Below are positions 1-9,334 of a DNA stretch of 30,719 nt, piece after piece (the first letter of the stretch is position 1; each line of letters opens with the position of its first letter). The translations under genes were made by a program, and so were the position numbers. Source of the DNA: Opitutales bacterium (GTDB lineage Bacteria > Verrucomicrobiota > Verrucomicrobiia > Opitutales > JABDGR01); contig DATHOB010000272.1 in NCBI GenBank assembly GCA_035485355.1, positions 1 to 30,719 of the forward strand, in the 5' to 3' direction. The notes beneath the pieces are model-generated. The model was not told the DNA's origin. It made no database searches and saw only the letters and a list, made by a program, of their open reading frames with translations.

Positions 1-2150
1 CCGAGGCCGAGAAACGACAGCGCGGCTTCACCCAGAATATAACCGGGGATGGACAAGGTGGCCGCAACGAGCAGGTATCCGGCCAGATTCGGCAGGAAGT
101 GTTTGAAGAGAATCGTCAGCGAATTTTGCCCCATGCACTCCGCGGCGGTGACGAAGGGCCGTTCGCGCAAGGAGAGGCTCATGCCGCGCAACACCCGCGC
201 CGTGCCCGCCCAGCCAATCAGGGACAGGATGACGATGATCACCAGATACATTTCTCCGGAACCAAAGTGGGGCGCCAGCGCCGCGCGCAACGCCAGCAGC
301 AAATAAAGCGTGGGCATGGCCAGCAGGAATTCCACAAAGCGCATGGCAAAAAAATCAAAACTGCCGCCAAAATAGCCTGATAGCCCGCCCACCAGGAATC
401 CCATCACCATGGTGATGGCAATGCCGACCAGGCCAATCGTCAGCGAAATCTGCGACCCATAGAGCAGACGGGAGAACATGTCGCGCCCGGTGGTGTCGCT
501 GCCGAGAAGGTAAAACGGATAATCCCCCGGGTCCACCGGATGGCCGAGTTTCACGGCCAAGGCATCATAATCCGGCACCAGCAGATGGCGGCTGCTCGAG
601 AACAGCCCCCACAATTTATATTCAAAGCCGCGGCCAAAAAACTTCAACGGGATCAATTCCCCCGCCTTCGGCTCGTAATGGGCTGAGGGCGGATCCACGT
701 TTTCGTACACTTGTGCCCATAGCCGGCCATCCTGCCACACCAGCCGCGTGGGAGGATGAAAGGTGTTTTTCAAATTGATTTGGTCAATGGGCCGGGTGGC
801 GAGCACCGGCGCCAATAGCGCGCACCCATAGAGCAAAGCGAGTGTCAGCGCTGCCAGCGCTGTGATCGGCTGCCGCGGCAGGCTGGCGGCCAGTTTTTTC
901 AGCACGGGTATGGCGACCCACAAGAGCACACCACCCGCGGTTAGCAAAATGGCCGCGCCGACGAATTCAATCCGGCCCATGACTTTGTCCATCGCGTCGG
1001 TGTTGTCCCACGGCAGCGCGTAAATCCCCAGGCCGAGCGCCAGTATCACGGCGGCGGCAGCCACCAGCGCCCAAGTGCCACCGCGGCGGTGGGCGACGCT
1101 GCCGGTGTTCTTTTGTTCCAATCGAATGCGCGGATCTAAAAGCGCCAGCAGGATATCCGCCGCCAGATTGCCCAACACCAGAATAATGGTGCCGATGAGC
1201 ACCGACGCGATGACCACATATTCATCATGCCGCAAAAACGCGTCGTAAATCAGGCGGCCCAAGCCGGGGTAATTCAACACAATTTCAATCAGGAGCGCGC
1301 CGGAGAGCAGGCTGCCCAAGGCAAAGCCCAGCGTCGTGACCAGGGGGTTGAAGGCATTGCGCAGCACATGGAGAAACATGATACGGCCTTCGGGGACGCC
1401 TTTGGCGCGGGCGGTGGTCACAAATTCCGCGCGCAGATAATCCAGCATGCTCACGCGCATCACGCGCATCATCGCGGCCACCGTTCCAATCCCCAACGCA
1501 AAAGTCGGCAGTACCAAATGCCACGCGTAGTCCCAGAATCGCGCGCCGGGGTGGTAAAAATCGCTGTCGAAGGAGGAACGCCCGCCGATAGGCAACCAGC
1601 CGGTGTGCGCAGCGGGAATGAGCAGCAGCAAACCGAGAAAATATTCAGGCACGGAAAGCGCGGCATAGGCCAGCAAAGTCGTCAACCGGTCAATCCACGA
1701 ATCTTTCTTGATGGCGGCGAGCACCCCCAGCGGCACGGCCAGGCCCCAGGCGAAAATCAGCGAGGTTATTTCCAGTGTCAGCGTCGCGGGCACGCGCTGC
1801 ATCAACAAGGTCGTCACCGGCACCCGATATTCAAATGAGTCGCCCAAGCTGGGTGGGCCGAAATGCAGCCGCCAGGTGAAGTCGCCATTGTCATCCACAA
1901 ATTTCACCGGCGAAACTGTGTTAACCCAATGGAAATAGCGTACGTAGGCCGGATTGGGTTGGCCTTGGGAATCCTTATATCCGTATTGGCGCTCCAGTTG
2001 GGCGATCAGCGCGGGGGAAACGTCTTTGCGCGCGCGAAATTCGTCGAGCGCGTCGCCCGGAGCCAGGTTCATCAGAAAAAACACCAGCACGCTGATCAAC
2101 ACGAGCAGTGGAATCAGGGAGAGCAACCGGCGGATGATCAAATTCAGCAT
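1..2150 (-). CDS. Fused OppB/DppB-OppC/DppC-type ABC transporter permease (>716 aa, 3' end beyond window edge)
   Basis: Manual translation from ATG at 2150 (MLNLIIRRLLSLIPLL...) has no stop to position 1. OppB motifs: EFVTTARAKGVPEGRIMFLHVLRNA and ADILLALLDPRIR. In the same frame, OppC motifs: LLGSDTTGRDMFSRLLYGSQISL, FVTAAECMGQNSLTILFKHFLPN, ILGEAALSFLGLG. Missing from the ORF track. Confidence 0.92.
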   Translation of the reverse strand, partial: MLNLIIRRLLSLIPLLVLISVLVFFLMNLAPGDALDEFRARKDVSPALIAQLERQYGYKDSQGQPNPAYVRYFHWVNTVSPVKFVDDNGDFTWRLHFGPPSLGDSFEYRVPVTTLLMQRVPATLTLEITSLIFAWGLAVPLGVLAAIKKDSWIDRLTTLLAYAALSVPEYFLGLLLLIPAAHTGWLPIGGRSSFDSDFYHPGARFWDYAWHLVLPTFALGIGTVAAMMRVMRVSMLDYLRAEFVTTARAKGVPEGRIMFLHVLRNAFNPLVTTLGFALGSLLSGALLIEIVLNYPGLGRLIYDAFLRHDEYVVIASVLIGTIILVLGNLAADILLALLDPRIRLEQKNTGSVAHRRGGTWALVAAAAVILALGLGIYALPWDNTDAMDKVMGRIEFVGAAILLTAGGVLLWVAIPVLKKLAASLPRQPITALAALTLALLYGCALLAPVLATRPIDQINLKNTFHPPTRLVWQDGRLWAQVYENVDPPSAHYEPKAGELIPLKFFGRGFEYKLWGLFSSSRHLLVPDYDALAVKLGHPVDPGDYPFYLLGSDTTGRDMFSRLLYGSQISLTIGLVGIAITMVMGFLVGGLSGYFGGSFDFFAMRFVEFLLAMPTLYLLLALRAALAPHFGSGEMYLVIIVILSLIGWAGTARVLRGMSLSLRERPFVTAAECMGQNSLTILFKHFLPNLAGYLLVAATLSIPGYILGEAALSFLGL

Positions 2151-2159
2151 GGAGGAATT

Positions 2160-4028
2160 TTATTTTTGTTGCTCCGTCCACAGCTCTTCCAGATTCCAGA
2201 TGAGCGGGCCCGAGGGCGGCACACGCACATTCTGCCACTTGTTGCGGATGGCCTGGTATTGGTGGGGTGTCACGACGTAGATCACCGGCAATTCTTCGCC
2301 AAAAATTTCCTGGATTTGGTCGTAGTCTTTTTTGCGTTCGGCCCGGTCGAAGGTGCGCTCGGAGGCATCCACCAGATCGTCAATCTGCTTTTCCCAAGGA
2401 GTGGCCGGGGTCTTTTGCTGGGGGTACCACTCATGGTCCTGGCCATTGCTGCGGAAAAGGTTTTTATTGCCCGAGGGATCGGTTTCGCCCTGCGGGCTGC
2501 CAAAGCCGATTAACGACATTTCGTAATCAAACGTATTCAGGGTTTTTTGCAAAACGAGGGAAAAATCAATATAGACGGGTTTGATCTTGATGCCGAGGTC
2601 CTGCATATTTTGCACCAAGATGTTGGAGATGTCCACCACCCGGCGGACGCCTTCATACAGCGTCAATTCGATGTCCACGGTGTGGCCATCTTTGTCCACC
2701 AGGCGGCCGTCTTTATTCCATCTGAACCCCGCTTCCTTCAGCAATTCCCGCGCCTTCGCCGGGTCATAGGCGTATTGTTTGACATTGGGGTCAATCCAGT
2801 GCGGGTTGCCCTGGCTGATGATGGATTTTTCCGGCTCTCCCATGCCGAAATAAACACCTTTGGCGACGCCCTCGCGGTTGAACCCATACATCACCGCCTG
2901 GCGGAAACGCTTGTCCGAAAACCACGCGAGTTTGTAGGGCTCCACATACGGTTTGCCATGTTTGTCCTGGCCGGGGTTGAGGTTGAACCAGTAAAAAATG
3001 GAATCGGGCAGCGGGCCCATGTCGTGGACGGTGAAACCATAGGTTTTTTCGCCTTTGCTCACCCACGCCAAATCCGTGCCGGGAATGCCGGGGTTCCAGG
3101 CGGCATCCGATTGGCCCGTGGCAAACAGCATCATTTCCATTTCCGGCGTGGCGACTTTTTGGATGATGAAAAAGTCCACATACGGCAGCCGCTGGCCAGC
3201 GGAATCGGCCCGCCAGTAATAGGGGTTGGCCGCGTAAACGATGCGTTCGGCCGGGGTGTAAGATTTCACCACGAACGGGCCGGTGCCGACGAGTTCTTCC
3301 GGATGGTCAATCGCCGTCTGGGTGGACCATTGCTTCATGAACGAGCCGTCCTTCAACGAGAACTCCAGTTTGTGTTTGGGGAGGATGAGGATGTTGTTGA
3401 TGTCATTGATAAACGGCGAATAAATCACCGGGGTGATGATTTCCACAGTATAGTCGTCAATTTTGCGGTAGCGGGGGATTTCGCCGTTGAAGGAAAACTG
3501 GTCATACATCTCATTGGGGAATGCCGGTATCTTTTCACCGGTCGCGGGATCTGTTTTTTGGGTGAAAACGCAATCCAGAGTAAAAATCACATCGTCGGCG
3601 TTGAAGGGCACGCCATCGCTCCATTTCACCCCTTGGCGCAAATGGAAGGTGTAGGTTTTTTTGTCGTCTCCGATTTCCCAGGACTTCGCCAGCCCGGGAA
3701 TGTTGCTGGCGGTCATCGGGTCGTAGTTGACCAGGGGGCTGAGAAAATAAGTCGCCGCCTGCATGGAACTCAGATCCGCCGGGACGAGGTAATTAAAAGT
3801 TTTCGGCTCATCAACATCCACCACGACAAACGTGCCGCCATATTTGCCGGGCGGAGTTTGGGATATGTCCACTTCCTCCCCCGGTGCCGGTCGCGCGCCG
3901 TGGTTGGAAGTCGGCGGTGGCTTGCACCCGGCCAGCATCATACTCACCAACCCGAGACTGGCCCAAAAATAAATTCGCCAGCAGGAGTGGCCGAAACGGC
4001 GTGCGGGTGGGCGAAGGCGGCGAAACAT
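2160..4028 (-). CDS. ABC transporter substrate-binding lipoprotein, family 5 (OppA/DppA-like)
   Basis: Family 5 motifs LAKSWEIGDDKKTYTFHLRQGVKWSDG, GTGPF, FRQAVMYGFNRE; lipobox MLAG-C. Start placed at ATG 4028 (MFRRL); the track start at 4097 is probably too far upstream. Stops 10 nt before the permease start. Confidence 0.92.
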   Translation of the reverse strand: MFRRLRPPARRFGHSCWRIYFWASLGLVSMMLAGCKPPPTSNHGARPAPGEEVDISQTPPGKYGGTFVVVDVDEPKTFNYLVPADLSSMQAATYFLSPLVNYDPMTASNIPGLAKSWEIGDDKKTYTFHLRQGVKWSDGVPFNADDVIFTLDCVFTQKTDPATGEKIPAFPNEMYDQFSFNGEIPRYRKIDDYTVEIITPVIYSPFINDINNILILPKHKLEFSLKDGSFMKQWSTQTAIDHPEELVGTGPFVVKSYTPAERIVYAANPYYWRADSAGQRLPYVDFFIIQKVATPEMEMMLFATGQSDAAWNPGIPGTDLAWVSKGEKTYGFTVHDMGPLPDSIFYWFNLNPGQDKHGKPYVEPYKLAWFSDKRFRQAVMYGFNREGVAKGVYFGMGEPEKSIISQGNPHWIDPNVKQYAYDPAKARELLKEAGFRWNKDGRLVDKDGHTVDIELTLYEGVRRVVDISNILVQNMQDLGIKIKPVYIDFSLVLQKTLNTFDYEMSLIGFGSPQGETDPSGNKNLFRSNGQDHEWYPQQKTPATPWEKQIDDLVDASERTFDRAERKKDYDQIQEIFGEELPVIYVVTPHQYQAIRNKWQNVRVPPSGPLIWNLEELWTEQQK

Positions 4029-4265
4029 GGCGCGGGGCGTGGATGCTCTCGGCAAAGTCACTTGAATATCGCGAATTCTGTGGAGCTTATCAATCAAAAC
4101 AACTGTTTGCCGAAAAAGGCACCGCCTTCGCCAGCGGGGCTGCGGCCATTGGCCGGAATTTTCTGCTGGGTGTGCGCTTGACGATGGCCAAAGGGAGTTT
4201 CATCCTTAACTGGCTTTTTATTCAGTGGCTGGTCTCCGACTTATCCCCGCTAAAAAAATTACCCC

Positions 4266-5339
4266 ATGAAAAAATCTTCTCTATCTTTGCCTCCATTGCG
4301 CGCGATTTTTGGTCCGCGCCTGGTAGCAGCGTGGGTTGCTGCGTTGCTCGTCGGTGCGTGTGCCCAGGTTCCTCCTCCCGCCGTGCAAAGCACTGCGCCC
4401 GCCGCGCCCGTAACCCAAGCCGCCCCCGCCCAGCCCGCGTCGGTCGCACCCATCGCTCCCGCGCCCACGATTGCCCAAACTGCTCCAGATCGTTTGGTGG
4501 TCACCGGAACCGATGCGCCCAAGTTCGCGCCGATAGATCCGTTAGAGCGCGACAAGCTGCCTTTCACGCCCGCCACTTTTAAATCCGTCAATCCCAACCT
4601 GCCCACGCTCGTCGTGGCCGGGGATTCCACCGCCCAAGCTGGCGACCCCAACCATCGCGGCTGGGCGGCGCTCTTGGTTGATTATTTCGACACCAGCAAA
4701 ATCAACCTCGTCAATCCTTCCATCGGCGGGCGCTCATTTCGTTCATTCTACCATGAAGGCCACTGGGACGATGTGGTCAAGGGGCTGAAGCCCGGCGACA
4801 TTGTCATGATCCAATTCGGCCATAACGACGGCGGCAACGCGGCCACCGACACCAAAGGCCGCGCCGATGTGCAGGGAGACGGCGACGCGACTGTGGAAGG
4901 CGTGGACTCCAAAGGCCAGCCCGAGACCGTCCACACCCTCGGTTGGTATTTGCGCACTTACATTGCCGATACACGCTCCAAGGGGGCGATTCCGTATGTC
5001 ATGAGCGCCACGCCCTACAATCGTTGGGCGAACGGCATGTTCCGCCACCTGCCGGGCGACTTGTCCGCCACGCAAATACCCATCGCGAAGGAATTGAATG
5101 TCCCTTATTTCGACCACACGACCATGATCACCGACCGCTTTGACGCCATGGGTCAGGACGAAGTCAGCAAATTGTTCTTCACCGATAATCTCCACACCCG
5201 CACGGCCGGGGCCATCTACAATGCCGAGGCGTTCATCGCCGGCATCAAGGCGATGCATATTCAAGTATTGATGGATGCGCTGAATGACCGTGGCAAAGCC
5301 ATTCCCGCTTTTGTTCCTACTGCTGCTCCAGCCCCCTAA
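4266..5339 (+). CDS. SGNH/GDSL hydrolase lipoprotein, rhamnogalacturonan acetylesterase-like (CE12)
   Basis: Blocks VVAGDSTA, GGRS, QFGHND, DNLH; lipobox LVGA-C followed by a Pro/Ala linker. Confidence 0.85.
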   Translation: MKKSSLSLPPLRAIFGPRLVAAWVAALLVGACAQVPPPAVQSTAPAAPVTQAAPAQPASVAPIAPAPTIAQTAPDRLVVTGTDAPKFAPIDPLERDKLPFTPATFKSVNPNLPTLVVAGDSTAQAGDPNHRGWAALLVDYFDTSKINLVNPSIGGRSFRSFYHEGHWDDVVKGLKPGDIVMIQFGHNDGGNAATDTKGRADVQGDGDATVEGVDSKGQPETVHTLGWYLRTYIADTRSKGAIPYVMSATPYNRWANGMFRHLPGDLSATQIPIAKELNVPYFDHTTMITDRFDAMGQDEVSKLFFTDNLHTRTAGAIYNAEAFIAGIKAMHIQVLMDALNDRGKAIPAFVPTAAPAP

Positions 5340-5371
5340 GCAATGGGGTCGGGTGATGGCGGGGAAAAGGA

Positions 5372-5399
5372 TACCTGAATATTACATAATCTTCAGGTA
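5372..5399. promoter_or_regulatory. Intergenic palindrome, possible operator
   Basis: TACCTGAATATT-ACAT-AATCTTCAGGTA: 12-bp arms with one mismatch, 30 nt upstream of ATG 5429. Confidence 0.35.
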
Positions 5400-5428
5400 A
5401 CTTGGTATCTGCTAGTCTCACCACCCCT

Positions 5429-6688
5429 ATGAAATCACTCTCTCGTTGCACCCTGCCCATCTTCGCCGCTGCGTTCGCTTTGCCGACACTCACCGGATTC
5501 GCCCAAACCGCCCCGGCTACCGCCCCCGCGGCCAAGCCGTATAAGATAATTCAAACCACACAAATTCCCGCCACTGGTGGACTTGACTATATCGCGGCGG
5601 ACAGCGTCAACCGCCGGGTCTATTCCGCGGGTGGCAGCGTGGTCAACGTGTTCGACCTCGATACATACAAGTTAGTGGGCACTCTGCCCAATGCCTCCGG
5701 CCATGGTGTTGCGCTCGACCCGGAAGACCATACCGGCCTTGTCTCCGGCACCAATGCGGTCTTCTTTAACACCACGACCCTCACGCCCATTAAAACGGTG
5801 TCGGCGCCCGGCGCGGACGGTTATCTCTATGATCCGTTCACCCACCACTTCATTATTCTCAGCCACGGCGCACCCAACCTCCACTACTTTGATTCCAAAG
5901 ACGGTTCGGACGTGGGCACAACGGACGCCATTGGGCCCAACGATTCCAATGCCAACGTCGAGCAAGGTGTGACCGACGGCCAGGGCAATCTTTACTTTGA
6001 CTGTTCCACCCAGAGCTGCATCGCCGTGGTGGATGCCAAGACGATGAAGGTAACCGGGCATTATGACTTGGGTTCCAGCGGTGGCGGCGCCGCGGGTTTG
6101 GCGATTGACGCCAAAAACCACATTCTCTTCGCCATGTGCCGTGGTGCGGGTGGTCGCGGAGCGCCGGCGGGCGGCGCGGCTGCCAGCGGACCGACGTGCG
6201 TCATCCTGAGCGCCACTGACGGCAAAATCATTACCACGCTTCCCCTCGCGGGCGGCAGCGACGGCGCGGTCTTCAATCCCAATACCATGGAAGCCTTTAG
6301 CTCTTCCGGCGGCGGCAACGGCACCCTGTCCATCATCAAGGAAAACAGCCCGACTGATTTTGTGGTGGAAGATACGGTAACGACCAAAACCAACGCCAAA
6401 TGCTGCACCTTGGATACCAAGACCAATAACATCATCGTGCACACCACGGAAGCCGCTCCCCGTCCTGCGGCCCCCGCCGCTTCCGCTTCGGCCTCGGCGG
6501 CATCAGCCATGGCTCCGACCTCAGCTGCTCCCGCGACGGCTTCCGCCGCTCCGGCCCCGGCCGCAGCCTCGGCTTCGGCCGCTCCCATGGCGGCATCCGC
6601 TTCGGGTGGCCGTCGCGGTGGTGGTCGTGGTCCGGTCGGCCCGCAGAATTTGGACATCATCTTCATTGGTCGCGACAGCGCCAAGTAA
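5429..6688 (+). CDS. Secreted YncE/YVTN-like beta-propeller protein with Ala/Ser/Pro- and Gly/Arg-rich inserts
   Basis: Signal peptide from ATG 5429 (MKSLSRCTLPIFAAAFALP); repeated blade motifs (GLDYIAADSVNRRVY, GHGVALDP, GLAIDAKNHILF, GAVFNPNT). Confidence 0.75.
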   Translation: MKSLSRCTLPIFAAAFALPTLTGFAQTAPATAPAAKPYKIIQTTQIPATGGLDYIAADSVNRRVYSAGGSVVNVFDLDTYKLVGTLPNASGHGVALDPEDHTGLVSGTNAVFFNTTTLTPIKTVSAPGADGYLYDPFTHHFIILSHGAPNLHYFDSKDGSDVGTTDAIGPNDSNANVEQGVTDGQGNLYFDCSTQSCIAVVDAKTMKVTGHYDLGSSGGGAAGLAIDAKNHILFAMCRGAGGRGAPAGGAAASGPTCVILSATDGKIITTLPLAGGSDGAVFNPNTMEAFSSSGGGNGTLSIIKENSPTDFVVEDTVTTKTNAKCCTLDTKTNNIIVHTTEAAPRPAAPAASASASAASAMAPTSAAPATASAAPAPAAASASAAPMAASASGGRRGGGRGPVGPQNLDIIFIGRDSAK

Positions 6689-6698
6689 GATTTATTCT

Positions 6699-6785
6699 AA
6701 ACCACGGATGGCACGGATAGGGTAAGTAAAAGGTGCGTCGTCGCCGACGTATTATTCCACCTCCTATCTGTGGCATCCGTGGTTT
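6699..6785. repeat. Inverted repeat built from 9-mer CACGGATRG units, between convergent genes
   Basis: AAACCACGGATGGCACGGATAGG (starting 6699) and CCTATCTGTGGCATCCGTGGTTT (6763-6785); 23-bp arms with 2 mismatches, about 40-nt spacer. Confidence 0.85.
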
Positions 6786-6816
6786 TTTATTTTATTGGGA
6801 CTGCGCGACGCGGCTT

Positions 6817-7683
6817 TCACTCCGCGGCCGAGCCAGCGACCCGGATGACCAACGCGGTCGTGTTGTCGCGGCCATCCTGTTCAAGGGATGCGTCCACCAA
6901 CCGGCTCGCAACCTCGGGGCTGGGGCCCAGCGGAGTCGTGGCGCGCAAAATATCCGTCACTTGGTGGTCGTATAGCCCTTCGACCAGCCCATCCGAGCAG
7001 AGCATAAAAATATCGCCGGGTTCGTAGGCCACCGCGCCAACCTGGGGCTGCACAAACTGGTTGCTCCCGCCGAGCGCTTTTTGGAGCACGTTGCGCCGCG
7101 GGTGCATGCGTGCCTCGCGTTCATTAAGCATCCCACGGCGGAAGAGCCAGCCCACATGGGTGTCATCCTGGCTGAGCTGTTTGATTTTGTCCTCCCGCGC
7201 GGGGAGATAATAGACCCGGCTGTCGCCCACATGGGCATAATACATTTTTTCGCGCGTAAACCAGCAGAGGCTCAAAGTCGTTTCCATGCCTTTGCATTCC
7301 TCGTAGCTGGCGCCCAGTTTCACCAACGCGCGGTGGATTTCGCCGAATAGCTCCTCCAGCACATCATCCACGCCGGTGGGCAGGCCCACGGCGGAGTGGC
7401 GGTATTCGCGCGGGAGCAACGCGGTGATTTTTTCGACCGCGATGCGGCTGGCGATTTCCCCGGCCTTGGCCCCGCCCATGCCATCACACACCGCAAAGGC
7501 GAGATCGGCATGGTGCATGGAGGCCTCGCCAAATTTCCCCAAAAAATGAACTTCCTGCGCGTCGAATTGCAGACCGAGGAAGGCATCTTCGTTATTTTTG
7601 CGCACCTTGCCAAGGTCCGTCCGCCCCGACCATAAAAGATGGCAGGAGGGGGGCAGGGTAGATGCGCTCGAAGATGTTTCCAT
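6817..7683 (-). CDS. PP2C/PPM-family Ser/Thr protein phosphatase (PrpC/Stp1-like)
   Basis: Motifs RKNNEDAF, VCDGMGG, HVGDSRVY, RNVLQKALG, CSDGL, GRDNTT. Confidence 0.92.
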   Translation of the reverse strand: METSSSASTLPPSCHLLWSGRTDLGKVRKNNEDAFLGLQFDAQEVHFLGKFGEASMHHADLAFAVCDGMGGAKAGEIASRIAVEKITALLPREYRHSAVGLPTGVDDVLEELFGEIHRALVKLGASYEECKGMETTLSLCWFTREKMYYAHVGDSRVYYLPAREDKIKQLSQDDTHVGWLFRRGMLNEREARMHPRRNVLQKALGGSNQFVQPQVGAVAYEPGDIFMLCSDGLVEGLYDHQVTDILRATTPLGPSPEVASRLVDASLEQDGRDNTTALVIRVAGSAAE

Positions 7684-7692
7684 GGCGGGGGG

Positions 7693-8076
7693 CTACTCAA
7701 AGCCCGGAAGGATGGTGGCGAACTCAAAATCAATCACGCAAAATCGCCCGTCGGCTTGGCGGTAGGTGACATTGCGGATGTCGGCATCGTCGTGGCGGAC
7801 GCCGTATTTCTCCAACTCAGCAAACAAATCGCGTAGGCGGTCGGCGTCGAGATGCTCGACGCGGCTGCCGCAATTGGTGGTGACGATGCGGAGCTCCGCC
7901 GCATCGGCTTCCAGGAGGCGGGGGACAAAGGGGCAGCCCCGCGCGGCCAGGAACTTAAGCACCCGCACTTCGTTATCAAAACGTTTGGGGGCGTCCGAGC
8001 CATGGTACGCCTTGAACACCCGCCCGTCATAGGACAGGCGGACCGTGGCGCGAAGGGTGTTTTTGACCAAATCCAT
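7693..8076 (-). CDS. Minimal protein-kinase-like fold protein (127 aa)
   Basis: beta3 Lys (VFKAY), alphaC Glu (NEVRVL), catalytic loop HDDADIRN, metal-binding DFE. An in-frame upstream stop confirms the short length. Ends 10 nt before the PP2C start. Confidence 0.75.
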   Translation of the reverse strand: MDLVKNTLRATVRLSYDGRVFKAYHGSDAPKRFDNEVRVLKFLAARGCPFVPRLLEADAAELRIVTTNCGSRVEHLDADRLRDLFAELEKYGVRHDDADIRNVTYRQADGRFCVIDFEFATILPGFE

Positions 8077-8126
8077 GGAAATTTTGCGTAAAAATAATGA
8101 ACAATGTCCGCTTGTTTACCGTAGAA

Positions 8127-8142
8127 TGGCATCATATCTGCT
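8127..8142 (+). promoter_or_regulatory. sigma54 (-24/-12)-type promoter motif, upstream copy
   Basis: TGGCATCATATCTGCT, exact GG-N10-GC spacing, upstream of glutamine synthetase. Confidence 0.5.
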
Positions 8143-8163
8143 TTAAAAGTTTCTCGCGAACAA

Positions 8164-8179
8164 TGGCATTCTACTTGCT
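8164..8179 (+). promoter_or_regulatory. sigma54 (-24/-12)-type promoter motif, downstream copy
   Basis: TGGCATTCTACTTGCT matches TGGCA-N6-TTGCW; 92 nt before the GS start. Overlaps a possible sigma70 TTGCTT-N18-TATAAC (8175-8204). Confidence 0.65.
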
Positions 8180-8271
8180 TACTCTTTTAACTCCATCCTA
8201 TAACTCCGGGCGGTTTGCCTGAAAGTTAATCTGAACCAAAATAGCATACCAACATCCTACACCCTACATCC

Positions 8272-9297
8272 ATGGCCAAATACAAACTCGAATATCTCTG
8301 GCTGGACGGCTACACGCCCGTCGCCAACATCCGCGGCAAAACGCAGCTCAAGGACTACGACAGTTTTCCGAAGCTGGAGCAATTGCCCATGTGGGGCTTC
8401 GACGGAAGCTCGACCCGCCAGGCGGAAGGACACAGTTCCGACTGCATGCTAAAACCCGTGGCGGTTTATCCGGATTCTACGAAAAAGAACGGCGTCCTCG
8501 TCATGTGCGAAGTCATGATGCCCGACGGCAAAACGCCGCATCCGTCCAACGCCCGCGCGACCGTCCTCGACGATCCCGGTGCCTGGTTCGGCTTTGAGCA
8601 GGAATACTTTCTGTACCGTGACGGCGTACCCCTGGGCTTCCCCATTGGCGGTGGATTCCCGCCCCCGCAGGGCGAGTATTACACGGGCGTCGGCTACAAA
8701 AACGTCGGCGACATCGCCCGCGAAATTGTGGACACGCACCTCGACATTTGCCTCGACGCCGGCATTAACCACGAAGGCATTAATTCCGAAGTGGCCAAAG
8801 GCCAGTGGGAATTCCAAATCTTCGGCAAAGGCTCCAAAAACGCCGCCGACCAGATGTGGGTTGCCCGCTACATCCTGATGCGCCTCTGCGAAAAATACAA
8901 AGTCGACGTCAACTGGCATTGCAAGCCGCTCGGCAAAGACGTGGATTGGAACGGCTCCGGCATGCACTCGAACTTCTCGACCACGCACCTGCGCGAAGTC
9001 GGCGGCAAGCCGTATTTCGAGGCCCTCATGGCCGCGTTCGACAAATACAAGAACGAGCACATCGCCGTCTATGGCCCGGACAATCACCTGCGCCTCACCG
9101 GCCTGCACGAAACGCAGTCCATCGACAAATTCAACTACGGCATCGCCAACCGCGGCGCGTCCGTCCGTGTGCCTCATAGCTTCGTGAACGCGGGCTATAA
9201 AGGCTACCTGGAAGACCGCCGCCCGAACTCGCAAGGGGATCCGTATAAGATCGCGAGCCGCATCTTGCAGACCATCGCCACCGTCCCGACCAAATAA
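8272..9297 (+). CDS. glnA: Glutamine synthetase, type II-like (short, 341 aa)
   Basis: EYLWLDG, WGFDGSST, GFEQEY, EVAKGQWEFQ, WNGSGMHSNFS, RLTGLHET, NRGASVRVP, YLEDRRPNS. Confidence 0.95.
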   Translation: MAKYKLEYLWLDGYTPVANIRGKTQLKDYDSFPKLEQLPMWGFDGSSTRQAEGHSSDCMLKPVAVYPDSTKKNGVLVMCEVMMPDGKTPHPSNARATVLDDPGAWFGFEQEYFLYRDGVPLGFPIGGGFPPPQGEYYTGVGYKNVGDIAREIVDTHLDICLDAGINHEGINSEVAKGQWEFQIFGKGSKNAADQMWVARYILMRLCEKYKVDVNWHCKPLGKDVDWNGSGMHSNFSTTHLREVGGKPYFEALMAAFDKYKNEHIAVYGPDNHLRLTGLHETQSIDKFNYGIANRGASVRVPHSFVNAGYKGYLEDRRPNSQGDPYKIASRILQTIATVPTK

Positions 9298-9334
9298 GAC
9301 CACGGTCTTAATCGTCGGCACTGGCCATCGAGCG

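Noticed and set aside
2547-4181. Long antisense or alternative-frame ORFs (also 8449-9321, 21690-22760, 23288-24490, 28474-29868 and similar)
   Set aside because: Shadow ORFs of well-supported genes in GC-rich DNA, with no family motifs.
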